64,000 bases of DNA from Lama glama (taxonomy: Eukaryota): the NCBI GenBank assembly GCA_028534125.1, contig CM052817.1:95668001-95732000 (forward strand). The letters run 5' to 3'. Shown here one piece after another: positions 39,681 through 51,845 of this stretch. A program made the position numbers and the translations under genes. Below the pieces are notes generated by a model. That model was not told where the DNA came from and ran no database searches. It saw only the letters and a program-made list of their open reading frames with translations. Every line of letters begins with the position of its first letter. The first letter of the stretch is position 1.

Positions 39681-41183
39681 GAGAAAGAAGAATGGGCTAC
39701 TGAAAGGTAGCCCTTGTCAGTACTAGAAATGAGAACCGTTTTCAAAATTATAAGTGACAGTTCTGTTTTCCTCATGTGACTCAAACACGGGATATGGAAG
39801 AGCCTGTTTGGCAAACTTTTCCACTAGAGCCTCCTCGGGACCAAGAAAAGACATCAGCACCCTAAGGAAACAGGGGTCCTGAAGCCGAAGCCCCTCCAGT
39901 TAGCCCTGAATTTCTTGGAGTTGTAGCTTAACATTTCAAGGGAATTCTGCGCTCCACTCTGTACTGGGGATGTGCTCGTCCTTAATAACGTGGGAGTGTT
40001 TCTCACAAACCAGCCAGGGATATTGATTCTCCTGGAAGGGGCACCAGGTCTCTCTGGACACCCACCTGCTCTGGAGAGACATGTACCCTATTTGGAGAAG
40101 CAAGGACGTATGAGAAGTATTCAGCCCAGCGTCAAGAGCTCAACAGCAGGGTGGCTGTCATTATTACTGCGATGACTCCCAGAAAACAGACAGCACTCGT
40201 CCTGTGACCCCCCACCTCAGAGAGGAAAGTGAAACCCCAGAGAGTGGCTTGCCAGGATGACACAGCGGGCCTGCAGGACAAGAACTACACCTGTATTTGT
40301 TGAGTTTGAATGTTGTTATAGGCATTATTTTAGAGATGGAAAAGCCTAGGAGATGTAGGCCATATGTCAAGTCATTTAGGCAGAGGCCTAGAGAGGGCTG
40401 GATTTGTCCAAGGCCCTACATAGATTCACAGAACCGACAGGACTTGAGCTCAGATGTCCCAACCCAAAGGCCAGTACTTAGTCATCAAGTGAAGGAATAA
40501 ATCCTAGAACGAGGCCTAGAACATGGTGGGCTCCCAGTAAACGCTTGTTGAATGAATGGACAACCCTGCCTACAGCCCTGAAAGTATCCCTGGCACTACG
40601 GTAGGTGTTTTAATATTCATCGGTACATTTCAGCCTTACACAAATACTACATGGTAGACTGAACCCGCTTCACTTTACAGACCAGGAAACCAAGGTTCCA
40701 AAAGGCTCACTCGATATACACACTTAGTGACAGAGCGAGGTTCAAACCCAAGCCTTCGGAACACCCGATAGAACACGAGTAGCTTGAAAAAACCCTCATT
40801 TTTCAGGTAATCAAAAAGTCCCAAAGTACCTTCACGTAGTCAACATTTTTAAATGTTATTCTGATGGGATTTTCAACAGCACACATACTCAGACATGATG
40901 TGTGAAACATGATTATTATGTTGTAACATGATTATTATGTTCTGAGGTGTGTCTCGGCAGTCACAGGGACTTTTTCAGCAGCCTGCCCTCATATTAAGTG
41001 GCCCCAAGCAATGGTGTTCTAAGACACGCTTCCTACTTTAATAGTCCTTCTGAATTCCTTTGTTCTCTATTATGCCCTACATAGAGACCCATCTCTTAAA
41101 TTTGTGGCTTCTTGTCTGCCGTGGCTGAGATTACAGTCATCAGGCTTATTAAAACTGCGTGCAAACTAAGGGTGAAAACCTAG

Positions 41184-41717
41184 TGTTGTAAATTGAATCA
41201 TATCCCCCCAAAGACACTGAAGTCCAACCACCAGTACCAGTGAATGCGACTGATTTTGGAAATAGGATCTCTGTAGGTGGTCAAGCTGAGATGAGGTCAT
41301 TAGGGTGGACCCTCATCCAGTATGACTGATGTTCTTATAAAAAGAGGAAGTTTGCACACAGAGACAGACAAGCACAGAACCAAGGCCATGTGAAGACTGG
41401 TCATGCTGCCACAAGCCAAGGAACTCCAGAAGCTGGGAGACAGATCCTTCCCTCGCATCTTCAGAAGGATGTGGCCCTGCTGACCCCTTGACCTTAGACT
41501 TTTGACCTCTGGAACAGTGAGATAACACATTTCTGCCATTTGACTGTCTTTTGAATCAAAGGAGTACAATATCTATTTGCTTTGTCTGTATTAAATTATT
41601 GCCTATAATTGTTACATGATCTTATTGGTTAAAAATAATTATTAAAAAAAATTTTCCAGTCACTGAAGCCATCCAATTTGTGGTACTCTGTAACAGCAGC
41701 TCCAGAAAATGAATACA
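41184..41717 (+). mobile_element. MaLR solo LTR (MLT1B/C-like) with an internal ~120-bp insertion
   Basis: TG...CA ends. tttggaaatagg...gatgaggtcattagggtggaccct...ccacaagccaaggaa...tttgtggtact...gaataca. Confidence 0.88.
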
Positions 41718-41966
41718 ATTAAGTTTGAATGAAGGCCTGGGACTTTTTTCTGGGTCTGTTCACCTCTGGATTCCAAACCATAGCCTTTGTTGATATGCTA
41801 GTTTTTGTATGAGCTGGGTTTTAACTGCACAAAACCAACCACCTTGCCCCTCAATGTGAACGCCTCAGAGGCTGCAGAGATTATAAACAGACAAAAAAGA
41901 TTACATTCACCTCTCTCTAAACTTTAACCAAATTTCTTTCAAATGAAGTATTTTGAAAACGACATT

Positions 41967-42250
41967 ACAGACTCATAGACATAGAAAACAAACTTAAGAT
42001 TACCAGAGGGAAAGGGGGCGGGAAGGGATAAATTGGGAGTTTGAGATTTGCAAATACTAACTACCACATATAAAATAAACAAGTTTCTTCTGTATAACAT
42101 ATGGAACTATTTTCAGTATCTTGCAGTAACCTATAATGAAAAAGAATATGAAAAGGAATATATGTATGTATATGTATGACTGAAACATTATGCTGTACTC
42201 CAGAAATTGACACAACATTGTAAACTGACTATGCTTCAATTAAAAAACAT
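41967..42250 (+). mobile_element. Lineage L1 3' UTR fragment
   Basis: cagactcatagacatagaaaacaaactt...ggataaattgggagtttgagatttgc...cttcaattaaaaaa; similar to the 21251 copy. Confidence 0.9.
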
Positions 42251-44383
42251 TTTTAATAAATTTAGAAAAACATTAATGTATCAAAATAAAAAAAAAAAAA
42301 CAGGGAACAAGGCATTACGCACAAGAAGTCTTCTATTACTAAAACAACTTAGAAATCTCCAAACCAAAAAAACATACTTATCACCACATATGTTGTGGCA
42401 AATTAATAAGAAAGGGATAGTTGAAAATATAACATGAATCTACTGGCCAAAAGGCCACCCTGGAAACCAAAATAGTCCTGCCTAGTCCGCGGATTGATTC
42501 CTTGCTGTGTCACTCTCGCATGCACCTCCGAGTTACAAAAAGCGTATAGAATCTGTCCCCTCAAGCAATCAGAAGTAAATTTACCATGGCTACCATGGTA
42601 ACGCTACCATGGCGTTATCAGAAAAATTGTCCGCTAAGGCTGATAAATTGGTCGATTATCTGCTTCCTTGACTTTTATTTCCTCTTGTATAAATGTTTTC
42701 ATCCCAACATTACCAATACCTGTTCTAAGATGAACGATAAATTACCAAACTACTGGAATCACCAGGAAATTCTTAATAGATCAAAAAAGAACTTAACAAC
42801 ACCAACAAAAAGCCGTAACGACATAATAACGCACTCTGTAGCCTAAGAACTGCACTCGGTAGAGAGAGAAATGGCTACTTAGTAAAACCTTAGCTTATAC
42901 ATAAAATGATACATTTCTTTGTGGGCACATTTACCAAGTGTTGACATCACATACCTTGGAATGAAACATACCATGGTCATAAACATTCTCATTCTGCCTG
43001 CGAATAGAAAAGTTCACACAGTAAGTCCCTTATTTACTAAAAATATTCGTATATCCAGAAGGAAAAGAGCCTTGGGGGATAAGAGATTTAGCAAAGGAGA
43101 GGAGATGAAATTGCTTTTTATTTAGTGATTAAATACATGTAAAACAATAGCTGCTTTCTCTGCAGCTCCCACCACCTCCTCCCCTACACAGACACACACT
43201 CACAAAAGGATGTTGGTGCTCTGGAATTGTGTGAGCGTATTTCTTTGGGTTATGCATGAGAATCCATGACACCAAAGGACACTGATTACAAGGACAACCC
43301 TAACTCAAAGTCAACTTTAAACACTGATTTAGGCCAACCGTTTTAACCTTTACTCTGCCCAGGCTTTGTGCCAGGGCTGCTATCAAGCAGTCAAATGTAC
43401 TCTTATTTGTTATCTCCCTTTCTTTTCCCTGCCTACCTTCTGGCACACACACACAAAGTCAATGACAGAAGGCCAGAAGACAGTGAAAACAACAAAACCC
43501 ATATGCAACCAACAAACTTGGGCAATCCCAAGGGCCAGGATACCCTTTAGCTAAATTAACAGCCCCTGAACGACTCAGAGTCCACTGGTTTTGTCCACCT
43601 AATTCTCCTTGAAGAATTTCAGGGGTGATTTCCTTTCTTCCTGGACTTTGTGCAGGCATGCCCCTTGCAGTTTCACCAAGAAAACTTCGCTAAATCTTTC
43701 ACTTGAAAGAAACCTGGCACTGTTTTCTAGTTGTCTGTCACCATGAGCAACACTCCAGAGGAGACAACACTCATTCCACTTCCCAACAAAGCTCATTGCT
43801 TCTGGAAATGCATCACGTGGCAAGGATGAGGTCAGGGACTATGTCTACTGCTAATTCAGATGAAGGGTCAACCCCAAGGTAAATGCTCAACAATAAAAAA
43901 ATCCCTCTGACATGCATATAGGTGGCCCCAAAGAGACCACGGCCATTTCCTGGGAGTGACCTCTTACATTATTCGAGAGTAACTTCTTACACTGTTCCTA
44001 TGTCAGTTCCTCTTGTTCTTAACCTTCTGGGTGGGAGGAGTCTAATAAATTGGGGATCTGTAAAATTCTGTATTTGAATAAGCACACCACTTCCCTTTCA
44101 TCGTATAGAGCTCAGAACTGTCTGCAGCTCACAAGCTGCAATATTCTCCCACTATTATAAGAACTGAGTAAACTAGCTTATCTTCCACCAAAAACTGGTA
44201 TTTGAAAAAGGAGGCTGGAAAAGTACAGGGCAATTTAAAGCTTTCCTTTGAAAAGCTTTTTGATATAAATATTCTCAACTGCTCAGGCTTTGTTTTCAAT
44301 CTACATGTTTTGAAGTGACTTAGAGAAAGCCAGATCCTTTTGGTATTTCCACACTAACGTCAACGGCAGTGAATCCTGTAAAG

Positions 44384-44577
44384 CAGGGTCGGCAGTCTTA
44401 TTCTGTGAACGGCCAGACAGTAAATATTTTAGGCTTTGTGGTGCACAGACGGTCTCTGTCCCATATTCTTTGTTTTCTGTTGTTGCTGTTGCTTTTTTAA
44501 ACAACCCTTTAAAAATGTGAAAACCATTCTTAGCTTAAGGGGCTGCACAAAAACAGGCCAGAGTTTGCTGACCCTTG
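44384..44577. mobile_element. MER58-like hAT element
   Basis: cagggtcggca...ggccagacagtaaatattttaggctttg...tttgctgacccttg. Degenerate 8-bp TSD ctgtaaag/ctcgaaag. Confidence 0.85.
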
Positions 44578-46497
44578 CTCGAAAGAAGAGGTTATTTTTC
44601 TTTACAACAAAAACAGAATGGTGCTGAAAACAGTATTGGAAACTCAGACAGATGGCAACAAGTTTCATGAACATCGTCTTAATCCAGCCACTTGTGTGAG
44701 TCACTATGTGCCTCTGCCCTTTGGTTTCTTCATCTGTAAAATGAAGGGTTAGGCTAGATCAGCAGCTTATAAATTTATACACACCCTCTAAAGTCCCTAG
44801 GGCCCCAGGGAAAGGTGTGGTCATGTGGACCCAAAGCTACCTCCCACCCCAGCACACACTTGACCTGCAGCCTGGCTCTGATCCTTTCTATACACTGGAG
44901 CTCTCCTTAAAGAAAAAGCATTCCATGAATTTTTTTTTCCCTCTTTAGTTTTAAAAACACTATATTAGATGATCTAAGGGATGTTCACGGTGCTCTTCCT
45001 CCATGAATCCATTATTGGATAGCCAATCCTTTTCCAATCATTTTATTGGGAAGTGTCAGGTAGACAGGAAAGGATTTAAAATCCTATACTGATATATCTG
45101 AAGGACGAGAAACAAAAACAAGAAAGAGATCTTATTCCAAGGGGGCCACCTGTGCTTATTCAGATGTGTGGAAATCTACCAGCTCGCCATATCAGAGGGT
45201 TCCCAAATCCCATGCAGGCAAATGAGAGTTCATTCCTGCATCTTTCTATCTCTCTGCTTAGGGCTCTGGGAAAAGCAGGGTGTTTTAGCAGTGGACAGAG
45301 CTCAGAGCTCTGACTCAGAAACCTGGTTCCAGTCTGAATTTGGAACTTACCAGGGATGTAACTCCTGATGTTTGTTTAACAAAAACTGGAGAGCCTACCA
45401 AGTACCAAGAGCACAGACTGGGTGTTAGGACCACAGAGATGAAACAGACAGATGTGAGGCCCTCTGCCCTCATGACTCAGATCCCTAGTCTATAAAGCAG
45501 GGTGATAACACGTGCTTCCTCTCCCACACCCCATGGTCCTGCAGAGATGGCAAAGCTTGTGTAAACAGCAGAGCACAGACAACACTAAACTAAGAAACTG
45601 CAGATTCTCTTCTTTTTAAGTACATGACATATATGCCACTTCAAGAATTTACCAAATGGATAAAGTGAGGCCACAATAGGTTCTGCCTAGTTATTAAAAA
45701 ACAAAAAATTCTAGAACATCAGGCAGCATAGCAAAACCAAAAGGGCACAAGCCTTGTCACCAGACAAACCCACTCAAATCCCCCTCGGCTGCCTCCTGGA
45801 CCCTCCTGCCATCGACAGGTGATTGTCTCATTTATAGACAGAATACTGATACCTGCAATTTCACAGGGCTCTCGTCAAGGTAAATTAGAATCATGTAAGT
45901 AGAGCACGTGGCACAGAGTTAGCACGCAGTGAATACAGTTTCCCCCTTTCCCTCCCTCCCAGGCACCTAGAAATCTCAGCTGGGAGAACACTGTATTTAA
46001 AACAGCAGAGCTTACCTCAAATTTGTTGATGTTGCTACCCAGCTCTATATCATAATCACCTCAACCAAAGAGCACAGGAAACTTCTGGTTGTTATGAGCA
46101 TGGAATCCAGATGTAGAATATGCCCAGTCATCAGGAAAATCTTACAGTCTTGGCACAGTTTGAGGACAGAGAGGGAGAGAGCGGCAGCCAGTCATGGAGG
46201 GGAGACTCTACAGTCTGGAATGTGCCACGGATGTCCAACCACAAAAGTGCGCCCTTGCACTCAGACTGTGGTATCCCCCTGTGGTGCCGGCCGTGGCCTC
46301 TGCTCTTCTCAGCAAGTCTCCTCCAGAAGCATGTGACCTTCTGCAGTCATCTCTAAGCCACATCTATGGGAGTGTTCGTGGCCCGGTTCATCACCTCCAC
46401 CCAGCCTCGTTCAACAATTCAAGCAAAGCAATTGCTCATTTCTGAGATAAGAAGACAGCAAGAGATGTTCCCCCAAGTCCTTTCTACGTCTAAAGTC

Positions 46498-46700
46498 CTT
46501 TGATTCTGTGCCCTATTCTTAGCTTCTTCATTCACTGATTCAACGATGCTTATGGACTACTTCCTGTGTCTTTGATTCCGTGACCCATGCTTAATTTCAT
46601 TCATTCTTCAACAATGTTTATAGAACACCTCCCATCTTTGATTCTGTGACCTGTTCTTAATCTCTTTCATTCATTTATTCAACAATATTTACTGACCACG
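46498..46700. repeat. Degenerate tandem triplication (units of 72 and 66 bp) at an L2 tail
   Basis: ctttgatt(c)(t/c)gtg...ttcattca...ttcaac recurs starting at 46498, 46570 and 46636. Confidence 0.85.
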
Positions 46701-47470
46701 TACTATGTACCAAGTATTGTTACGTGCAAGAGTGTACAAAAATGAGTAAGGAATAGTCCATGCCCATAGAAAGCTCACAGTCAACAAGGACAGAGATGAA
46801 TAAGCAGTTATAATGTAGCAGGACTGGTATTATGAAAGACCCATGGGAACCAGGGGAAGGGATGCCTGATTCTGCCCAGTAGGTAAGACAATGGTGGCAG
46901 AGGACAGGGTGCAGGAAAGACTCCTCAGAACTGAGTGTTGAAGGATAAGAAGAAGGTTATCAGGCAAATCTGATGAGTTGAAGACTTCCCATAGGGAAAA
47001 GAATACACTAAGGCATGGAAATATAAGTATGGTGGTCTGCAAAGCAGATCACTCAATATGATTAAAATAAGGGATACGTAGGAGGGCAGAAGAAAGGGGG
47101 CTCAGATGATGAAGCATATTCTATACTTTGCTAAGAAGAGCAAACTTTCTCCTTCCAGAGAATGCCTAAAAGATCCTACATAAGGATTATCTGGATTCCA
47201 TGAGTGTATGAGAAAGTCTCCAGTGGTGGCAGTGTGACGACTGGATTACACAGGGGGAAAGATGAGGTGAGACTGGGGCCAAAAAAAAAAATGTCAATTC
47301 TTATGAGAGAAAGCAGAATCAACTAAAGCAGTGGCAGGGGGTGGGCATGAGGAATTCGAGAGATAATTTGGAAGTAGAATCAACAGACTTGGTGGTCAGT
47401 TTGCCGTGGAAGGAAGAGAAGAGGGCAGCAGGCAGGATTATACCCAGGTAGCTGTCATGGCTGGGTGGGT
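46665..47470 (-). mobile_element. L2 3' region
   Basis: cattcatttattcaacaatatttactga...tactatgtacca...gctcacagtc...ggaagtagaatcaacaagacttgg. Confidence 0.78.
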
Positions 47471-48258
47471 TCATGGACAGTAGCCCAGAAAGGGAACACG
47501 AGAAGACCAGAAGCCTTCCTACCTCCCCGGGCCTGAAAACCTCAGGAATCTGCACACTCAACTAGGCACTCTCCATGGAAGATCATACTAGATCCGTGGT
47601 ACCCACTAGAGTTCACCTTCTCTAAAGGGGTTATCAGGATTAACAAGGTGCATCTTCATAGATCAATGTTGTTACATACATATTTATGGGGAAGAAGAGT
47701 AACTGGATTGCTAAGTTCACTTAAAACATGACTTTTATTTTAAAACAAACAGGTGTATTATATCCAAATTTGCAGGAAGAATAGAAGACTTTGAAGATAC
47801 TTAGAAGAAATCTCATAGAGGTTGAGTACCCTTGTGAGATAGGGGTTCCCTGCCTTTGGGGTTCTTCAGTGCAAATAGTCACAAAGGGTTGCCTCATAAC
47901 ATAATCAAGTAAAGCTGAGGAAGCACAAACACCAAGACCTGGGATTTCCATTCCTACACCTGAGAGGTGCTTCTCAAAGCATGGTCTGTGGAGCTGCAGG
48001 GGTCTCTGAGACCCTCTCAGAGACCCTCGGGATTAAAGCTGCTTTCATAAGAATACCCAGGTGTTATTTACCTTTTTCACTCTGTTGACACTTGCACTGA
48101 TGACACCAAAGCAATGCTGGGTAAAATACTGGCCCCTTAGCTTGAATTAAGGCAGTGGCACCAAACCATACTAGTAATCCCTGTACTTTACCACCACACT
48201 CACAGTAAAAACGCACAAACACACACAGCAACCGTGCCAGTTCCACTTAAGAATGTCT

Positions 48259-48428
48259 GATTCAATACCTTGTAATAGCCTTTAATGAAAAAGAATATGA
48301 AAAGGAATATATATATGTACAACTGAATCACTATGCTGTACACCAGCAACTAACACAGCACTGTAAATCGACTATACTTCAATGAAACAATAAATAAATA
48401 AATAAAATATGGCAAAAATGCTAAAAAA
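48259..48428 (+). mobile_element. Short lineage L1 3' tail inside Charlie
   Basis: aatgaaaaagaatatgaaaaggaatata...ctatacttcaat. TSD aagaatgtct/aagaatatct. Confidence 0.88.
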
Positions 48429-48888
48429 AAGAATATCTTTGATGAAGCAGCCCTAAAAATTATTTTTATTAAAAACTGACCCTTGAATAAACTTTTAAAA
48501 ACTATTATATATAATGAAATGTATGCATAAAAGCACTTTGGCCATGACCACAGTACAATGGCCATCTCAAGGGAAAGGACATGTGTGATTGAGCTGGGAG
48601 CTGAACTAGCCACTTTTTTCATGAACTATCACTTTTCATTAAAATAATAACTGACAGACTATGGTCATTCAAATTTGACTACTTGGCAGAGTCATTCTCA
48701 GAGAAAGAAAGAAGTAAAGTTGATGCTTTAAGGAAAAATCGACCATGTTTGTAGCCAAAGATAAAACTCAAGCTTTCAAGCAAGGCTTCAAATTTTGGAA
48801 AACCTGTATATCCTGCTCTGTGAACTTGACAGCTTCCCAATACAGACTTTTCAAATAGATCCTTGTTGACATTAATAAATTTCTTCTT

Positions 48889-49099
48889 GGGGAGAGGATA
48901 TAGCTCAAGTGGTAGAATGCATGCCTAGCAAGCACAAGGTCCTGGGTTCAATCCTCAGTGTCTCCTCTGAAAAAATAAATAAATTAATGAACCTAACTAC
49001 CTCCCCACCCAGGGGAAAAAAAAAAAAAGAATAAACATACATTAAGTCTGGGTAAAAAAAAAAAAAAAAGTAAAAAATAAATAAATTAAAATAAAATAA
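48889..49099 (+). mobile_element. tRNA-derived SINE inside Charlie
   Basis: A and B boxes present. TSD aataaatttcttct/aataaatttgttct. Confidence 0.9.
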
Positions 49100-49229
49100 A
49101 ATAAATTTGTTCTGTTGTATAATGAAATGTATCAACATTTGGTAGATCTACATAACTCAGGGAGCCAGCATCTTCCAAATGACCCAGGTGTGATGGTACA
49201 TACAGGATGATCCATTCAAAGTGCAATGT

Positions 49230-49362
49230 GGGGTTGGGGGGGCACATAACTCAGTGGTAGAGTGTGTGCTTAGCACGTACAAGGTCCTAGGTTCAATCCC
49301 CCATACCTCTATTAAATAAACAAGCAAACAAACAAACCTAATTGCCTCTCCCTCACCCCAAA
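49230..49362 (+). mobile_element. tRNA-derived SINE inside Charlie
   Basis: taactcagtggtagagtgtgtgcttagc...ggttcaatcccc, flanked by gtgcaat on both sides. Confidence 0.88.
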
Positions 49363-50228
49363 AACGTGCAATACAGACTAGTAGATTTTAATGTAACAGA
49401 ATACAAAAATTTCATCAAAATGCTTTCAGATTCCACATTACAACTAACTAAGCTAAGAGGTAGCTTTAAGAAGCTCCCTCTTTCTGAGCCTTGGCACAGT
49501 ATCAAAGAATAGCCGTAAAGGCTATTACCTATCAGTGTGAAGGCAGATTGTCTTCGTCTATTCCATCCGAAACAACACGTTGCAACTGATCGAATGCAGC
49601 AGCAGATAGGAGAACCTAGCCATCTTCTAAGTCAGGCATTAAACAGATTTGTAAAAGTATGAAATCATATTACCCTTCTCATTAAATTTTTTGGAAAAAG
49701 GCATTTTTCATAAAAATATCCCATTTATAATTATCACATAATAGGTAATAACCATTATTTTTAAGAATAAAAATATTTAATTTCTCAATTTTAATCTCTA
49801 ATATGCTATATAAAGATAGATATGATACATGCATACAACAGCTCTCTGGAGTCCTCAATAGCTTTTAGTAGGTCCCAAGATCAAAATATTTGAGAACCAG
49901 TGTCTTAGAGAAATATTCACTCAGGCCAAGTGATGTGTACTTGCTTGTTCACAGCAGCACTGTTCTAACAGCAAAAAGTAGAAACAAACCACACATTCAC
50001 TGTGATATGTTCCTACAGTACAACACTAGGGAGCAGTAAAAATGAATGCACCACAGCTACATGCATCAACGTGAGTCCTCTCACAAAGATAACAGCTGGA
50101 TGAAAATCCAAGGTGCAGAATGCATGCCATTTGTTATTTTATTTTTATATTTTTACATTTGCATTTTTATAAATTTCAAAGACAAGCAAAACCAAATACG
50201 GTAAAGCTACAGAGAAAAAGCAAGGGGG

Positions 50229-50709
50229 TTGTGGCATATATACACAATAGAACATTGCTCAGCCATAAAAAAGAATGAAATAATGCCATTTGCAGCAACA
50301 TGGATAGACCTGGAGATTGTCATACTAAGTGAAGTTAAGTCAGACAGAAAAAGACAAATATCATATGATATCACTTATATGTGGAATCTTAAAAAAATGA
50401 CACAAATAAACTTATTTACAAAACAGAAATAGAGTCACAAACATAGAAAACAAACTTACAGTTACCAAAGGGGAAAGTAGGGGGATGGATAAATTAGGAG
50501 TTTGGGATTAGCAGGTACAAACTACTATATACAAGAGAGATAAACCACAAGGTCCTACTGTACAGCACAGGGAACTATATTCTATAGCTTGTAATAACCT
50601 ATAATGAAAGAGAATATGAAAAAGAATCTATATATAAAACTATAACCGAATCACTATGCTGTACACTGGAAACTAACACAAATTGTAAATCAACAATACT
50701 TCAATTAAA
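50229..50709 (+). mobile_element. 5'-truncated lineage L1 (ORF2 end + 3' UTR), inserted in an older L1ME-like fragment
   Basis: Encodes MWHIYTIEHCSAIKKNEIMPFAATWIDLEIVILSEV. TSD aaaaagcaagggg/aaaaagcaggggg. Confidence 0.92.
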
Positions 50710-51624
50710 AAAAAGCAGGGGGAGCAATAAACAGAAAATTTAGGATAATGAGAACAGGTAGCAGGAGAATAGTAAAGGAGATGTTTGATAGTGTTGAAAT
50801 TTGTCAGGTTGAGCAGTAGGTTTACAAATGTTCACTTAACCACTATACTTCATTATATACGTATGCACGTTAGATATATTATTATAACTATCACATACTT
50901 ATTGACCTGCAAAGGCAGGCACCGCATTAGAGCTTCTTTGTCAAAGGAAACCAAAGAGGTAAGGAAGGGGCAGTAGAGGGTCAGGGCTAAGCCTTGGCTG
51001 AGGGTCTGCAGCCCTGGCCCCATAGAAGCCCATCACTGGGGCAGGTCTCCCTCCTTAACAAGGCCATTTCTTCCTTCAGGCCATCCTTATCCTCCACCTC
51101 TATTTACATCACAATGAAAAAACTACCACATTTCAGTTGATTTCCTGTCGTACCCAAACCACTAAACTTAATCATCATCATCTCTTATCACCTGGGCCAG
51201 CTCCTACGATATTTTCCCTACCTTCTATCCTGACATCACCAGTATGTCCCCCTAGTTCAACAAAGTTCCTTCTCTTAGTGTCTCCTGCCTACTTTCGGTT
51301 TATGTCAGTCTCTTTTGGCTAATGCTACTTCTTTTGCTTAGAAATTCTCCTCTCATTAATCTTGAGAGCCATCACATTCTTGAAGATGCTTTAGGTATCA
51401 CTCCTCTCCAAGAATTTTTTCCCCATCATTCTTACTCTGCTTCCTCAAACATTTACGTATCTAATTCATATGATACTGTCTCACACCTGTTAGCTTACTG
51501 ATTTGTAATTATCCTCTGACTGTTCTGTGTCAACATTTGAAAGGACTGTCAGCAGAGACTGCATTCTATACAACTTTTATGAGCCAGGTAAACACTCAAA
51601 ATTTGTCCTTTTTTTAAAATTTCT

Positions 51625-51845
51625 TTTTTTTTTTAATTGAAGTATAGTCAGTTTACAATGTTGGGTCAATTTCTGGTGCACGGCATAATGTTTCAGTCAG
51701 GCATCTACATACATATATTCCTTTTCATATTCTTTTCCATTATAGGTTACTACAAGATATTGAACATAGCTCCCTGTGCTACAGGAAAGAAACTTGGTAT
51801 GTATTGATTTTATATATAATAGTTAGTATCTGCAAATCTCAAAAC
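51625..51845 (-). mobile_element. Lineage L1 3' UTR, reverse orientation
   Basis: polyT-aattgaagtatagtcagtttacaatg...attccttttcatattctttt...tctgcaaatctcaaa. Confidence 0.9.

Larger units (their letters stand above)
47965..49902 (+). mobile_element. Charlie1-family (Charlie1a-like) hAT DNA transposon, interrupted by three retroposons
   Basis: Termini gtgcttctcaaa ... tttgagaaccagtg. Decayed transposase motif gta caa tgg cca tct caa ggg aaa (VQWPSQGK, compare hAT VRWLSRGK). About 1.4 kb after removing the inserts. Confidence 0.82.

Noticed and set aside
40906..40941. Direct duplication of aacatgattattatgtt (a similar micro-duplication occurs near 138-165)
   Set aside because: Ordinary slippage duplication with no sign of function.
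34540..46020. Isolated strong minus-strand donor motifs (near 34548, 45347, 46011)
   Set aside because: I found no convincing paired acceptor, two lie in MIR remnants, and such motifs are expected by chance in long introns.
46498..46700. Spaced repeats superficially like a CRISPR array
   Set aside because: This is a mammalian intron, the whole units are homologous with no unique spacers, and there are no cas genes.
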